Of a stretch of DNA of 24,809 nt, positions 1-9,123 are shown in pieces. How positions within the stretch are numbered: the first letter of the stretch is position 1; every line of letters starts with the position of its first letter. The stretch covers positions 1-24,809 of the IMG/VR virus record IMGVR_UViG_3300028422_001969; one strand, written 5' to 3'. Position numbers and translations under genes: made by a program. The stretch comes from a virus (lineage: Duplodnaviria; Caudoviricetes). The notes below the pieces were generated by a model. It was not told the origin of the DNA and ran no database searches. It saw nothing but the letters and a program-made list of their open reading frames with translations.

Positions 1-486
1 TTATACCACTTTAGATACCACTTCGATCATACGCTTAGCTATCACTGATATTCTCCAAGCTTTGTCAAGCCCATTGATACATCTTCTGGCACCAATGAAA
101 TCAGACTTACCGTTTCCGATGTAGTCAGATATCTTTTTCCCTGTGAAAGTTCCGTGCTTGAATCCGTGAACCAATATGAACATGGAGTGCTTTGGATTGA
201 GCACCTTGTCAGGCTTTGATACGAAGTCTACACCGATGATATCGGAGTACTTCTTATAGTTCGCTTTCCAAGTGATCTGAACAAAACCCCTGCCGTAGTA
301 CGGGTAGTATCTGAGATTACGCTTTCTCCATGCCTCGCTTAGCCAATACGCCTCTTTGACTGGCTTTAGCGTCCTGTTGGTCTCCCAATACGCTGTAGCG
401 ATAATATACGCTATCTGGTGCTTATTGGTGATCCCTTGACGAACGCACTCATCAATGAATGGCTTTGCGAGGTCTGTAGAAATCAT
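1..486 (-). CDS. Endolysin, glycoside hydrolase family 19 (chitinase-class lysozyme), about 161 aa
   Basis: Motifs QIAYIIATAYWET, YYGRGFVQITWKANY, GTFTGK and DFIGARRCING are typical of phage GH19 lysins. Start moved from 648 to ATG 486 (MISTDLAK), which overlaps the holin stop as ATGA. The longer N-terminus overlaps the holin gene and looks non-coding. Confidence 0.88.
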   Translation of the reverse strand: MISTDLAKPFIDECVRQGITNKHQIAYIIATAYWETNRTLKPVKEAYWLSEAWRKRNLRYYPYYGRGFVQITWKANYKKYSDIIGVDFVSKPDKVLNPKHSMFILVHGFKHGTFTGKKISDYIGNGKSDFIGARRCINGLDKAWRISVIAKRMIEVVSKVV

Positions 487-683
487 TTGCTTGAGATGCC
501 TGTGTTGGTCATAAATCTTAGTGCCATGTTCCCGACTGCGAGGAATGCAACAACATACTGGTTGTAGTCTCCTACGAGCTGCTGGAATGTAGCGTCTGTT
601 GCAAGCGTGGCAACTGTCGTGACTACTAATGTAGCCGCGTTGAACCAAAGAGTTTTTGACTGAGTAGCGTTTTTTGTATCCAT
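483..683 (-). CDS. Putative holin, 66 aa, two hydrophobic helices
   Basis: SKTLWFN...LAVGNMALRFMT pattern of small two-TM phage holins, directly upstream of the endolysin. Start moved to ATG 683 (MDTKN), just after the upstream stop and preceded by AAAAGG. Confidence 0.75.
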   Translation of the reverse strand: MDTKNATQSKTLWFNAATLVVTTVATLATDATFQQLVGDYNQYVVAFLAVGNMALRFMTNTGISSK

Positions 684-684
684 G

Positions 685-1005
685 TTATGCCTTTTTCTTG
701 TCTTCAATTATAAAATCGAGCTTCATGTTGATCTTGTCAAACATCAAGCCCACCTCAACCCTTGTCACGAAGTCCTGATACGCTTTCTCAGATAAGATAT
801 AGTTGGAAGCTTTCTTCTCAAGATCGGTGATCGCCTTTTTCTTCTCGTCAAGTCTAACCTCGATTGACTCCAAGTCTTTTTGAAGCGTTGCGTTTTTATC
901 CTTGACGGATTTGATCTCGTGTTTGGTGGCTACATAGTTAGCTATCCAGCCACCCAGCACAGTACCTATGGTGATCATCTCTGATATTGAAAGGTCAAGA
1001 TTCAT
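685..1005 (-). CDS. Lysis-cassette membrane protein (N-terminal hydrophobic helix plus coiled coil), function unknown
   Basis: ITIGTVLGGWIANYVA followed by a heptad-rich region and FVTRVEV...KLDFII. First gene after motif copy 1, upstream of the holin. Confidence 0.6.
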   Translation of the reverse strand: MNLDLSISEMITIGTVLGGWIANYVATKHEIKSVKDKNATLQKDLESIEVRLDEKKKAITDLEKKASNYILSEKAYQDFVTRVEVGLMFDKINMKLDFIIEDKKKA

Positions 1006-1026
1006 ATTGACTCACTTTTTTGAAAA

Positions 1027-1061
1027 ATGATAGTGTCTTGACCGTTTTAAAGTATATGGGT
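1027..1061 (-). promoter_or_regulatory. Putative late promoter/activator site, copy 1 (before lysis genes)
   Basis: Minus strand ACCCATA-TACTTTAAAAC (1054-1044), 11-nt spacer, TATCAT (1032-1027). Matches the copies at 11290 and 19829. Confidence 0.6.
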
Positions 1062-4000
1062 TTACTTTTTTCTCTGCTCTCTTTTGAGGTTGTCTTTGTC
1101 ATAAGTCATGGTGTTCAGCCCGAGTATTTTCAAAATGCTTTGTTCCTGAGTTCTCGGCTCAACAACCGAGTTCTTTTTTCTTTTCTTCTGGTCTCTTACA
1201 AGACTTTCCACATAGTCGTATGCCGAGTATGCAGTACCTGGGAGAGGAACATAGCTCTCTGTTAGATACTTTGCAGTGTCATAGGCTCTTTGTGACGCAT
1301 CTTTTTTCATCGTTACCGCTTTCCCGGTGTATGTGTCCACCATACCGTTTTCCGATCCGGCAGTAGCAAGGTTCGTGATAGCTTTTACAGTTGGGCCGCT
1401 GATCTGGCTCAGAACGAAGTTTGGAGGGTTCTGCAACTCAAGGTATGGTATCCATCTATCGATCTTCAGCGTATCTATCTTACTGCCATCCCGACCAATG
1501 GCAAACCGTCTCCCCTTGAACTCGTCTGGCTTATTGCCATCGTAGAATGGGAGGTTATCGAGTGGCGTTACCTGCCCGTCAGATAGCATATATTCCATCG
1601 CTGAGACAAGTCCTACAGCTTTTGCCATTTGCGTGGCCCCCTCTTTTGTTTTCATCAGCTTCCAAATGGCAGGCATTGTGTAGTATGTCCACGATATGAA
1701 CGGGCTCACGCCTGTATCCCTCAAGACGCGATACCCCTTTGGCATAGGCTTCGAGTAGTCAGGCATTACCTTGAGCACCATGCTCTTGGCTTCATCGATA
1801 CCGAGCCCCATCTTGTCACGGAGATGGGTGTACATAGCTATCCTGTTTATAGCATCACCGTTGTGATACAATTCCTGCGCTTTCTTGTCCAGTGCCCCAA
1901 GCAGACTCTTTGCTACGGAGTTCTGCCTACCGTCAGTGATGTCATTGAGCTGGCTTCTACCGAGTAGCCCTCCCTCCTTTGCCTCAACAAGGTATCGCAG
2001 GTCTTTACCTAAAGTACTGAGCTCAGCCATGTCTTCAAGGGTATTTTCGCCACGGAGTCCCTTAGCGATGAGCTCTTCGTATTTACCCTCATGGTACATC
2101 ATCTTTCCTGCTTTCCCGAGGGCAGATATGATCTCATGGCTCTTCATGCCGGACAGGTGCATGATGAATAGGTTGGATGCAAAGTTGTTGATGTGAGACG
2201 GGACATTCCATACGGTTTTAGATTTCTTCCATAACGACAGATACCCCTTCCACACCCGAGCCAAAGCACCATCTGCACCATGTAGAGTTCCAAACAGATC
2301 ATCATTCATGGCAACGATATCGTCATACACATCTTTTCTGATAGCCTTTCCGGCAAGTGCTCCGAACCTGGGATGATTGCTCACTTCAACAAAGCCCATA
2401 GCTTTTAGCTCTTCACTGTTGTATTTTGCCTTTCCGTCAATTGGGTTTCCGTCGAGATCAAACACCCTCTCCCGGAAGTCCTTTAGTACAACACTATCCA
2501 TATCAGATACCTCTTTGAGGAAATTAGCGTTATCGACCATCCTTTTCATACGCATAAGTGTATCAGGGATCGTGATAGAGGCATCCCTTATCTCTCCCAT
2601 AGCCTCACGCTCCGCCCTGGTCCAGTCTCTTCTTATTTCAAACTTGCCGTTACCGAGATCGACAACGCGAACGCCGCCGTCTCTCAGAGGTATATTGAGC
2701 GGATTATCTGGCGTATTAGTCCAAAGGTTCTGTACGATCTTATCAGCCTCGTCCTTGCCTACTACATCTACCTTGCCGCGTTTGTGGATATCCTCAACGG
2801 TAAAGCCCCTCCCTACAAGGTTCTTTATGTCACGAAAGAAGTGCTTTTCATAGTTTCTGCGTATGTAGTATCCTGACCATTCATCGAATGACTCTTTCGA
2901 CAGTACATTAAGGTTCACCGCCTGCTCTCCAAGTGACCGGATATCGTTTTTTATAAGGTCTGCAAATGGTTTTAGGTCACTTGATAGAGCCGATCCCTCT
3001 CCAGTTATGTAATCGTGCATATCGAGACGGTCTTTTTCGCTTAGATCAGTCAATACTTTGTGAACTCTTTCTATCATCACGCTATCGCCGCTAGATTTTG
3101 CTGTAACCTTTTCCCTTGCATTGTGGTACTCTGAGCTCAAACTATCCCTAAAGAGATTCCAAAGGGATGAGCTCGCATCTTTCCACTCCTTGACTCGATC
3201 CTCTCCGACAACATCCTTTAAGTGGTCAAGATTTTTCTCCATCTTGGAGCGGTTAAAGTTGATGATCGCATCGGCTTTGTCAATCCCTGCACTCCCGGTG
3301 TTCTTCAATCTGCCCTCAAGCATTGCGTTCTTCGTAGCTTCTCTCAATCCGCTCTCATCGTCGATCTTTGACAATACCACACGGAGCTCCTCCGGGGATT
3401 TATCTGCCAACTGTGGCATTGATCTTTCGAGACTTCCCATGTGCTCTATAAAGCTGCTTGCATCGCCACCATTGACCTTGAAAAAGTTGGTTTCTTCAAT
3501 AGGTATTTTCCCGTCCATGTAGTCAGCGAGATCGACAAAATCCCTCATGGCTGCCGTCTCTTCACTGTTTTTTCTACCGTATGCCGTCACAGCGTTCTCG
3601 TATGGGTTTATTGCCTCTCTTTCGCCTTTGGTAAGCCCACGCCTTGCCTCTACTTCTCTGGCTTCAATTTCGCCAGCCAGACGCTGATATCGATTGAAAG
3701 CCTCCTCAGACTTATTGCCCTTGAGATACTCAAGCTCATCCTTGTACCTGATAGCATCTGCCGGGGAAAGATCACCTTGTTTTTCGAGCTTGTAGATGCT
3801 TGACTCTACATTCTGCATCATCGCTTTTTGGCTTCCACCTGTGGCGAACCCCTCCTTGAACTGTATCCAGTGCTGAATCTCATGCACCGCCGTATCGAGG
3901 AGCTCTTTGTCTGTAGTTCCCTTTGGGATACCGAGCACACCGTCCTTGAACCAACCACTGCCAGGCTGGAGCGAATCGTCAACCTTTATCTTTATGTTCG

Positions 4001-5747
4001 CCGCATCAGGGTAGTTGTCGTAGAGCTCTTTGTGGTCGATCACATCGGCTATCTTCATCTCACCCTTGCCCTCAAGGGTCGAGATAGCATCTGGCTTGAG
4101 TGACATCTTGCTATCGTCGATCTCGAAGCGGCTCATGTCGTCATATTTACCATCGTGCTTTACGGGAGCAGCATCGTATCCCTTTGCCCTCGCTCCGGCG
4201 AACAGCCCTGTACCCTCTGCCTTGCCACCGTACTTATACCCTAACCCGGCACCGACTGCCGCGCCGATACCTATTCTGGCCAGGTAATCTTTCATGGTGA
4301 GGTCTTTGCCGTCAACGATATCTTCGTAGGCAGCATCCATACCGCCTACAGTACCTCCACCGAGAGCACCACCCAGGGTATTTGTTCCGGCATTTGCGAA
4401 GATAGCCATACCGTTTTCGCCTATCGGAGCACCATCTTTGTCGTATCCATACCCGCCTATGCCGTTATCTTTTGCAGGGTTGTCTTTGGAGATCGGTACA
4501 CCGTTCTCATCGTACCTCTGATCCATCCACGGGGATTTGCTCGTATCTGTATTTGATTTGGACCAGGCGGGATCATTATCAAGTCTATGCAGGTCTTGAG
4601 TAAGCTTGTCCATGAGCTTCTCATCGATATTGCCTTTTTTGAGGTTTGCTATATCCTGTTTGGTGGTCACGAAGTCAGCGTCATAGTTCTTGCTGTAGTC
4701 AGCAGGGGTGACTATTGTTTCGTCCTTTCCGCTTCCTGGTATGATATGGCGTTTGGCATTGAGAACATTGTCATACTGTATGTTCTTTGCAGCCACATTC
4801 TCCCTCATGCCTATCAATTCATCAAAGCGTGGATGGGATGCTATGCTCTCAAGCCTTGCAGCGGGATCGTATGGAACCGGTAGATTTGATACTTCATCAC
4901 GGTTGACTGGCACCTGTTCCGGCTTCCTGCCCGTCTCTTCCCTTTTGAATTTCGGGTCTACATCATGGTATGTCGATCTAATTTTCTTGATCTCTTCGAG
5001 GTGATCGCCGGATATGCCGTAGTGTTTTGCAAGGTTAGGATCATCGGCAATAGCCATGATTGCTCTTTTTGCTTCGTCGCTACTGTCTATATCTTCTACT
5101 TTTTTGATGGCATTTGTCACTTTACCTTTGGTGAACGCTGCGATAACTCCGTTTAGCACCCCGACGATACCGCCGCCAATAGCCATCTCACCGTACTTTT
5201 GCTCATCAGTCTTAGTGGTATCGCCGTAGTTCTTGAACGCACTCGTGGAAGCACCTACCGCCGCACCACCGACGACAGACTTGATGATCCTGTTTGCTTT
5301 GCTACCCTTGCTTGCAATCCCTGTAGGGGTAAGGTTGAGCGGGTCAAGGAGTATCTCACCACCGAGCGAAGCCCACTCGTGATCTTTTGTCTTGATCTTC
5401 TCTTTTGTCTTGAGCTGCTCCCAATACTTTTGATTATCCTTGAAGAACCCAGTATTGTACTCATCCGGCACTATCGCATCGGTTACCTTTTGAAGCCCCT
5501 TATTGATTGATGATCCATACTCAGCAAATCCCTGTAGTCCACCTGACAGGAAGCTATCTGCCGTACCATGCTTGTTGTCTTGAGATTTATGGAAATCATT
5601 GTTGGAGATCGCCGCCTCATATGGGTTCGTGTCGCCGCCAGATGCCTTTGAAAACTGATCATATGGGTTATTCTTAACCTCCATACCGCTGTATGGATTT
5701 GATTGCTTTTGGTCGGTGGAGAATTGATCGTATGGGTTAGCCATCAC
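1062..5747 (-). CDS. Large internal virion/DNA-ejection protein with LPD23-like region and zincin-type HExxH motif (polyvalent protein), 1561 aa
   Basis: N-terminal NPYDQF-type repeats, Gly-rich hydrophobic helices, RFEIDDS...DHKELYDNYP...HEIQHWIQFKEGFATGG...YQRLAGEIEAREVEAR, and a helical C-terminal region. Last gene of the virion module. Start is GTG 5747 or ATG 5744. Confidence 0.75.
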   Translation of the reverse strand: MMANPYDQFSTDQKQSNPYSGMEVKNNPYDQFSKASGGDTNPYEAAISNNDFHKSQDNKHGTADSFLSGGLQGFAEYGSSINKGLQKVTDAIVPDEYNTGFFKDNQKYWEQLKTKEKIKTKDHEWASLGGEILLDPLNLTPTGIASKGSKANRIIKSVVGGAAVGASTSAFKNYGDTTKTDEQKYGEMAIGGGIVGVLNGVIAAFTKGKVTNAIKKVEDIDSSDEAKRAIMAIADDPNLAKHYGISGDHLEEIKKIRSTYHDVDPKFKREETGRKPEQVPVNRDEVSNLPVPYDPAARLESIASHPRFDELIGMRENVAAKNIQYDNVLNAKRHIIPGSGKDETIVTPADYSKNYDADFVTTKQDIANLKKGNIDEKLMDKLTQDLHRLDNDPAWSKSNTDTSKSPWMDQRYDENGVPISKDNPAKDNGIGGYGYDKDGAPIGENGMAIFANAGTNTLGGALGGGTVGGMDAAYEDIVDGKDLTMKDYLARIGIGAAVGAGLGYKYGGKAEGTGLFAGARAKGYDAAPVKHDGKYDDMSRFEIDDSKMSLKPDAISTLEGKGEMKIADVIDHKELYDNYPDAANIKIKVDDSLQPGSGWFKDGVLGIPKGTTDKELLDTAVHEIQHWIQFKEGFATGGSQKAMMQNVESSIYKLEKQGDLSPADAIRYKDELEYLKGNKSEEAFNRYQRLAGEIEAREVEARRGLTKGEREAINPYENAVTAYGRKNSEETAAMRDFVDLADYMDGKIPIEETNFFKVNGGDASSFIEHMGSLERSMPQLADKSPEELRVVLSKIDDESGLREATKNAMLEGRLKNTGSAGIDKADAIINFNRSKMEKNLDHLKDVVGEDRVKEWKDASSSLWNLFRDSLSSEYHNAREKVTAKSSGDSVMIERVHKVLTDLSEKDRLDMHDYITGEGSALSSDLKPFADLIKNDIRSLGEQAVNLNVLSKESFDEWSGYYIRRNYEKHFFRDIKNLVGRGFTVEDIHKRGKVDVVGKDEADKIVQNLWTNTPDNPLNIPLRDGGVRVVDLGNGKFEIRRDWTRAEREAMGEIRDASITIPDTLMRMKRMVDNANFLKEVSDMDSVVLKDFRERVFDLDGNPIDGKAKYNSEELKAMGFVEVSNHPRFGALAGKAIRKDVYDDIVAMNDDLFGTLHGADGALARVWKGYLSLWKKSKTVWNVPSHINNFASNLFIMHLSGMKSHEIISALGKAGKMMYHEGKYEELIAKGLRGENTLEDMAELSTLGKDLRYLVEAKEGGLLGRSQLNDITDGRQNSVAKSLLGALDKKAQELYHNGDAINRIAMYTHLRDKMGLGIDEAKSMVLKVMPDYSKPMPKGYRVLRDTGVSPFISWTYYTMPAIWKLMKTKEGATQMAKAVGLVSAMEYMLSDGQVTPLDNLPFYDGNKPDEFKGRRFAIGRDGSKIDTLKIDRWIPYLELQNPPNFVLSQISGPTVKAITNLATAGSENGMVDTYTGKAVTMKKDASQRAYDTAKYLTESYVPLPGTAYSAYDYVESLVRDQKKRKKNSVVEPRTQEQSILKILGLNTMTYDKDNLKREQRKK
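5615..5740 (-). repeat. Four NPY[DSE]xx peptide repeats at the N-terminus of the 1561-aa protein
   Basis: ANPYDQF, SNPYSGM, NNPYDQF, TNPYEAA in the translation. Confidence 0.8.
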
Positions 5748-6694
5748 TTACCCCTTGAGTTGGTGTAGTAATCCCATGCCTGCTGAGTAGATATAGTCTT
5801 GCCATCAGGGAGTACTATATCGCCGTTTGAATCCCTCTTCACATCAGACAATGAAACACCATAGTTCTTTGCTACATCGTGCATAAGCTCATTGCTTTGG
5901 TTGATGTCAAGGTTCACTTTTGTCTTATTGTCGTCAGTGCTTTTGTTCTGGTCTCCAGCTTGGTTCTGCTGTAGCACATAGTCGGTACCGCCGTACCAAT
6001 TGCCTTTTTGAGTGAATTGGGGCTGATTTCCTGTTTGCAGGAAGTGATTGTATGCGGCAGTGATATCTTCGCTGCTTGCACTATCGGCAACATTTGATCC
6101 CAAAGCCCCCTTGAAGCTCTCTGCATCTGGGTAAAGCTTCTTTCGCTTGATCATCTCATCGTAGACGCTGTTATTACCATTTTGCATTTCGATAGCTTTT
6201 TCCCTGATCTGGAGCTCACGGTCTCTTTGATTCATCGTGTCACTATGAAACTTAGCGTCCTGGGCCATCTTGTCCCTTGAGAGTTGATCATTGGCGAAGC
6301 TGATCCCTGTTCTTGATAACAGGTCATTGTTGTTCATCCTCTCCCTGGCGTCGATCTCCTGTTTGGTTTTGGCTAGATCGGCGACTATCCTGTTTTGCTC
6401 CATGTTCTGCTTGGCAAGGTTTCTTATGTGAACATTCTGCATGGCAGTGTTCGCCATGTCGCTGTAGTGACCGCCGTAGAACTGTGCAGGTTGATACTTT
6501 TTGCTCTCATCATTCCCCGGGTCAAACTCCCTTGCATTGTAGTTCAGGCTTCCGTTCTCGACCCTTGCCTGTGCGACTGGTGACATATTTGGGCTACCAG
6601 GTGTCTGAGATAGCTTGAGCGGCTCTGTGGACGGCTCTCTCCTTGGCTGCATAGACCCCATATTGATTACATTGTCTTTTTCGTTTTGATCCAT
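5744..6694 (-). CDS. Putative internal virion/ejection protein, 316 aa, Gln/Asn-rich
   Basis: SD AAGGA. Helical Q/N/D-rich low-complexity sequence immediately upstream of the giant internal protein, as in podovirus ejection cassettes. Function inferred from position. Confidence 0.55.
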   Translation of the reverse strand: MDQNEKDNVINMGSMQPRREPSTEPLKLSQTPGSPNMSPVAQARVENGSLNYNAREFDPGNDESKKYQPAQFYGGHYSDMANTAMQNVHIRNLAKQNMEQNRIVADLAKTKQEIDARERMNNNDLLSRTGISFANDQLSRDKMAQDAKFHSDTMNQRDRELQIREKAIEMQNGNNSVYDEMIKRKKLYPDAESFKGALGSNVADSASSEDITAAYNHFLQTGNQPQFTQKGNWYGGTDYVLQQNQAGDQNKSTDDNKTKVNLDINQSNELMHDVAKNYGVSLSDVKRDSNGDIVLPDGKTISTQQAWDYYTNSRGK

Positions 6695-6696
6695 AG

Positions 6697-7908
6697 TTAT
6701 TTCCTTAGAAGTTCAAAAAGCTCAGTGGATACAGTAGAACCGCTGAGACAAATTTTTCCGAAGTATCCCACAACGCTATCAGAATAGATGTTCAAAAATC
6801 TAGTAGTATCGCACGGCAGAGTGAATTTGATCTGTGTGTCGAGAAAGTGCTTGAAGTCGTAAGTGTGTATCACGCTTCCTGTCGATGATCTCTTTTGAAA
6901 GTCACCGTACTGGTCAAACGGTATGAGTATCTCTTTTACTGGCAGATCGGGAGTCCATGTACCGTATTTCCTGAGATTGTACTTGTATCGTGCACCACGG
7001 TATGCGCCGAACTCGTAGAAATCGTATAGGCCCATGACCCGGTACTCGCTCCATTTCTTGTTTATGGTCTTTTGCTCCCATGTCTTCGCGTTGAGCACTG
7101 TAGTCTTGCCGCTGAGCTCCAAAAAGAAATACCGATCTTTCCAGTAGAACCGTGGGGATGGTGATACATTGTTGAGAGTCGCCTTGAGCTCAAGGTTTCT
7201 GTCGTATACATAGGTGGTAGTTCCGTATCTGTTGAAAAAGTGATCACCATACCCGTACAGCGTGCCTATGTTTGGTAGCTTCTTTTTGACCTGAATGAAA
7301 GGTGGCTCATGCGTGATGATCTCAACGCCGGCAAGGGTGCTTCTCACACTGAATCCGTCACACGGTATAGGCTTGCTGCCCCACATGGTTTCGTCCATAG
7401 AGTATGTAGTCTCATTTGTGAGCAGATCGATATGACCGAACTTGTAGATGTAGTCACTGTCACTACTTTTTACCTTTGGTCTGTACATGAAGATGAAGCC
7501 ACTGTTGATCCCACCGTTATACGGTGAGCCAGCGTACTCATATTGCTCTGATAGCTGATAATCAATCCTGCCCTGCCACCGTATTCGCCTGTAGTATCTC
7601 CGTGGATCATACACTATATCGAGCTTGCCATCAGGGATGTCGATGTAGTATGGAAGTATTGACCACTCCTTTATCTTTGGCATATCAATCACCTCGTTGT
7701 CGCCGTCGATATCATAGGAGGTACGCTCGCCCCGTGACAATCTGTCCACGATGCTATCGTCAAGGTTAATGTAGCGGTCAAGTGGGTTCTTGCTTTGCGA
7801 AAGAGAGTTCTTTGTTGCCTTGCGAAATGACCCGTTGGATATCTCTATAGCCAATAGAGACTCAGGGTCTCTGTATGGTCTCGGGTACGGGGTTATTTCT
7901 CTAGGCAT
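6697..7908 (-). CDS. Hypothetical tail protein, Tyr/Trp-rich, possible beta-propeller (nozzle/tip candidate), 403 aa
   Basis: TAATG coupling to the upstream gene. Blade-like segments TTTYVYDRNLELKATL, GKTTVLNAKTWEQKTI and SVIHTYDFKHF. Confidence 0.45.
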   Translation of the reverse strand: MPREITPYPRPYRDPESLLAIEISNGSFRKATKNSLSQSKNPLDRYINLDDSIVDRLSRGERTSYDIDGDNEVIDMPKIKEWSILPYYIDIPDGKLDIVYDPRRYYRRIRWQGRIDYQLSEQYEYAGSPYNGGINSGFIFMYRPKVKSSDSDYIYKFGHIDLLTNETTYSMDETMWGSKPIPCDGFSVRSTLAGVEIITHEPPFIQVKKKLPNIGTLYGYGDHFFNRYGTTTYVYDRNLELKATLNNVSPSPRFYWKDRYFFLELSGKTTVLNAKTWEQKTINKKWSEYRVMGLYDFYEFGAYRGARYKYNLRKYGTWTPDLPVKEILIPFDQYGDFQKRSSTGSVIHTYDFKHFLDTQIKFTLPCDTTRFLNIYSDSVVGYFGKICLSGSTVSTELFELLRK

Positions 7909-9122
7909 TACATATCAGGATAGTTTATGTTCTCTACTACGACCCATGTCTCGTAATCGTATCTGAGCCTGAGCAGGGTAGCACCGTCCGGTGATATAGT
8001 AGCGTTGCCGTATAATGTCTGCGATGGATCAAGCGTAATGGTCGATGAGGCGGCAAAGATCATAATTGATATCTCCATCCCCTCCCAACACTTTACAGTC
8101 GTACCGCTACCATCGTCAAAACTCTTGAAGATGATCGTAGCGTCCCCATCTGGTGCGAGAACAAAGCTATTATAGTTCTCGGTATCGATCTCGATATCTC
8201 CAAAGCCAGATTCAATAGCTTGTCTGTATACCCCGAACCTTCCTGACCCCGTAGCCGTTGCCCCGCCTGTAGGTGCATCAACAAGTACAATACCGTCACC
8301 GTTCGCGTTTACGGCTACAAACTTGCCAGCAGTGAGCGTAGCAGGAGTGTCGGATAGTCCAACAAAACTTGTAGCACCACCGCCCTCTCCTGCGACCATA
8401 TCGATGAACTCAAAGCCGTCCTCCGTCTTCTTGACAGCGATCACCTTGCCGCCCATGCCATCAAATGAATCAGGCGTGTCTGAAAGTTCAAGTAAGCTTG
8501 CTTCGGCTGCATCCCTGCCTACGAATCTGATAGCAGGGCTCCATAGCCCCTGGTCACCGCTCTTGAAGCTTATGAAGATATCACCTCCAACATACGACTC
8601 ATGAAAATTGATCCCGTCACTCGAATATCTGAAATATACTACTGCATCTGCCACTGTATCATCTCCTGTAAGTTTTTTTTGAATTTGCATATCCCGGTAT
8701 GCAGCATTGTACGCACGGTAAATCTCATCGGCTATCTGCTTGTATCTGCTCTCCTTAGAGTACAGGAAGTAGATCGTCATGTGGATCACCCCGTGAGCAA
8801 GCCCATCGTCGATGTCGAGCTCTTCTCCGATCACCGGGAATCTTGGTATCCTGATGTAGAACTCGCTAGATACCCTCTTGAACTCTGTGTATACGCTTGA
8901 ATTTGGCACCATGAGCTTGAGAGGGTTTGTCCTGATGGCACACTCCTTGAGAGCACTGTCAATGCTGTAGAGTATGTCGTCTGATACCATGTCCTTTAAT
9001 GGGTGCTCTATGGGTGTTCTTGACCCGTCGGCAGCTACCTTTAGGCTTGGGTTTGTGTCGTACTCCCTTATTGTCCTCTGGATGAGATTTTTCACTCTGT
9101 CTACAGCTTCACTTACCAACAT
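7908..9122 (-). CDS. Head-tail adaptor paralogue fused to tail-fibre-like repeats, 404 aa
   Basis: The first ~145 aa align by eye with the 136-aa protein at 18436-18846. The C-terminal part has two LSDTP...GK[VF][IV]AV...DG repeats and a beta-rich end. Confidence 0.65.
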   Translation of the reverse strand: MLVSEAVDRVKNLIQRTIREYDTNPSLKVAADGSRTPIEHPLKDMVSDDILYSIDSALKECAIRTNPLKLMVPNSSVYTEFKRVSSEFYIRIPRFPVIGEELDIDDGLAHGVIHMTIYFLYSKESRYKQIADEIYRAYNAAYRDMQIQKKLTGDDTVADAVVYFRYSSDGINFHESYVGGDIFISFKSGDQGLWSPAIRFVGRDAAEASLLELSDTPDSFDGMGGKVIAVKKTEDGFEFIDMVAGEGGGATSFVGLSDTPATLTAGKFVAVNANGDGIVLVDAPTGGATATGSGRFGVYRQAIESGFGDIEIDTENYNSFVLAPDGDATIIFKSFDDGSGTTVKCWEGMEISIMIFAASSTITLDPSQTLYGNATISPDGATLLRLRYDYETWVVVENINYPDM

Positions 9123-9123
9123 T

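Noticed and set aside
487-648. N-terminal extension of the endolysin ORF
   Set aside because: It overlaps the holin in another frame and is Cys/Arg-rich nonsense; the ATGA-coupled start at 486 is more plausible.
1062-5747. Giant ORF as a tape measure protein or virion RNA polymerase
   Set aside because: No siphovirus/myovirus tube, sheath or chaperone genes were recognised, and I saw no polymerase catalytic motifs; features fit a podovirus ejection/polyvalent protein.
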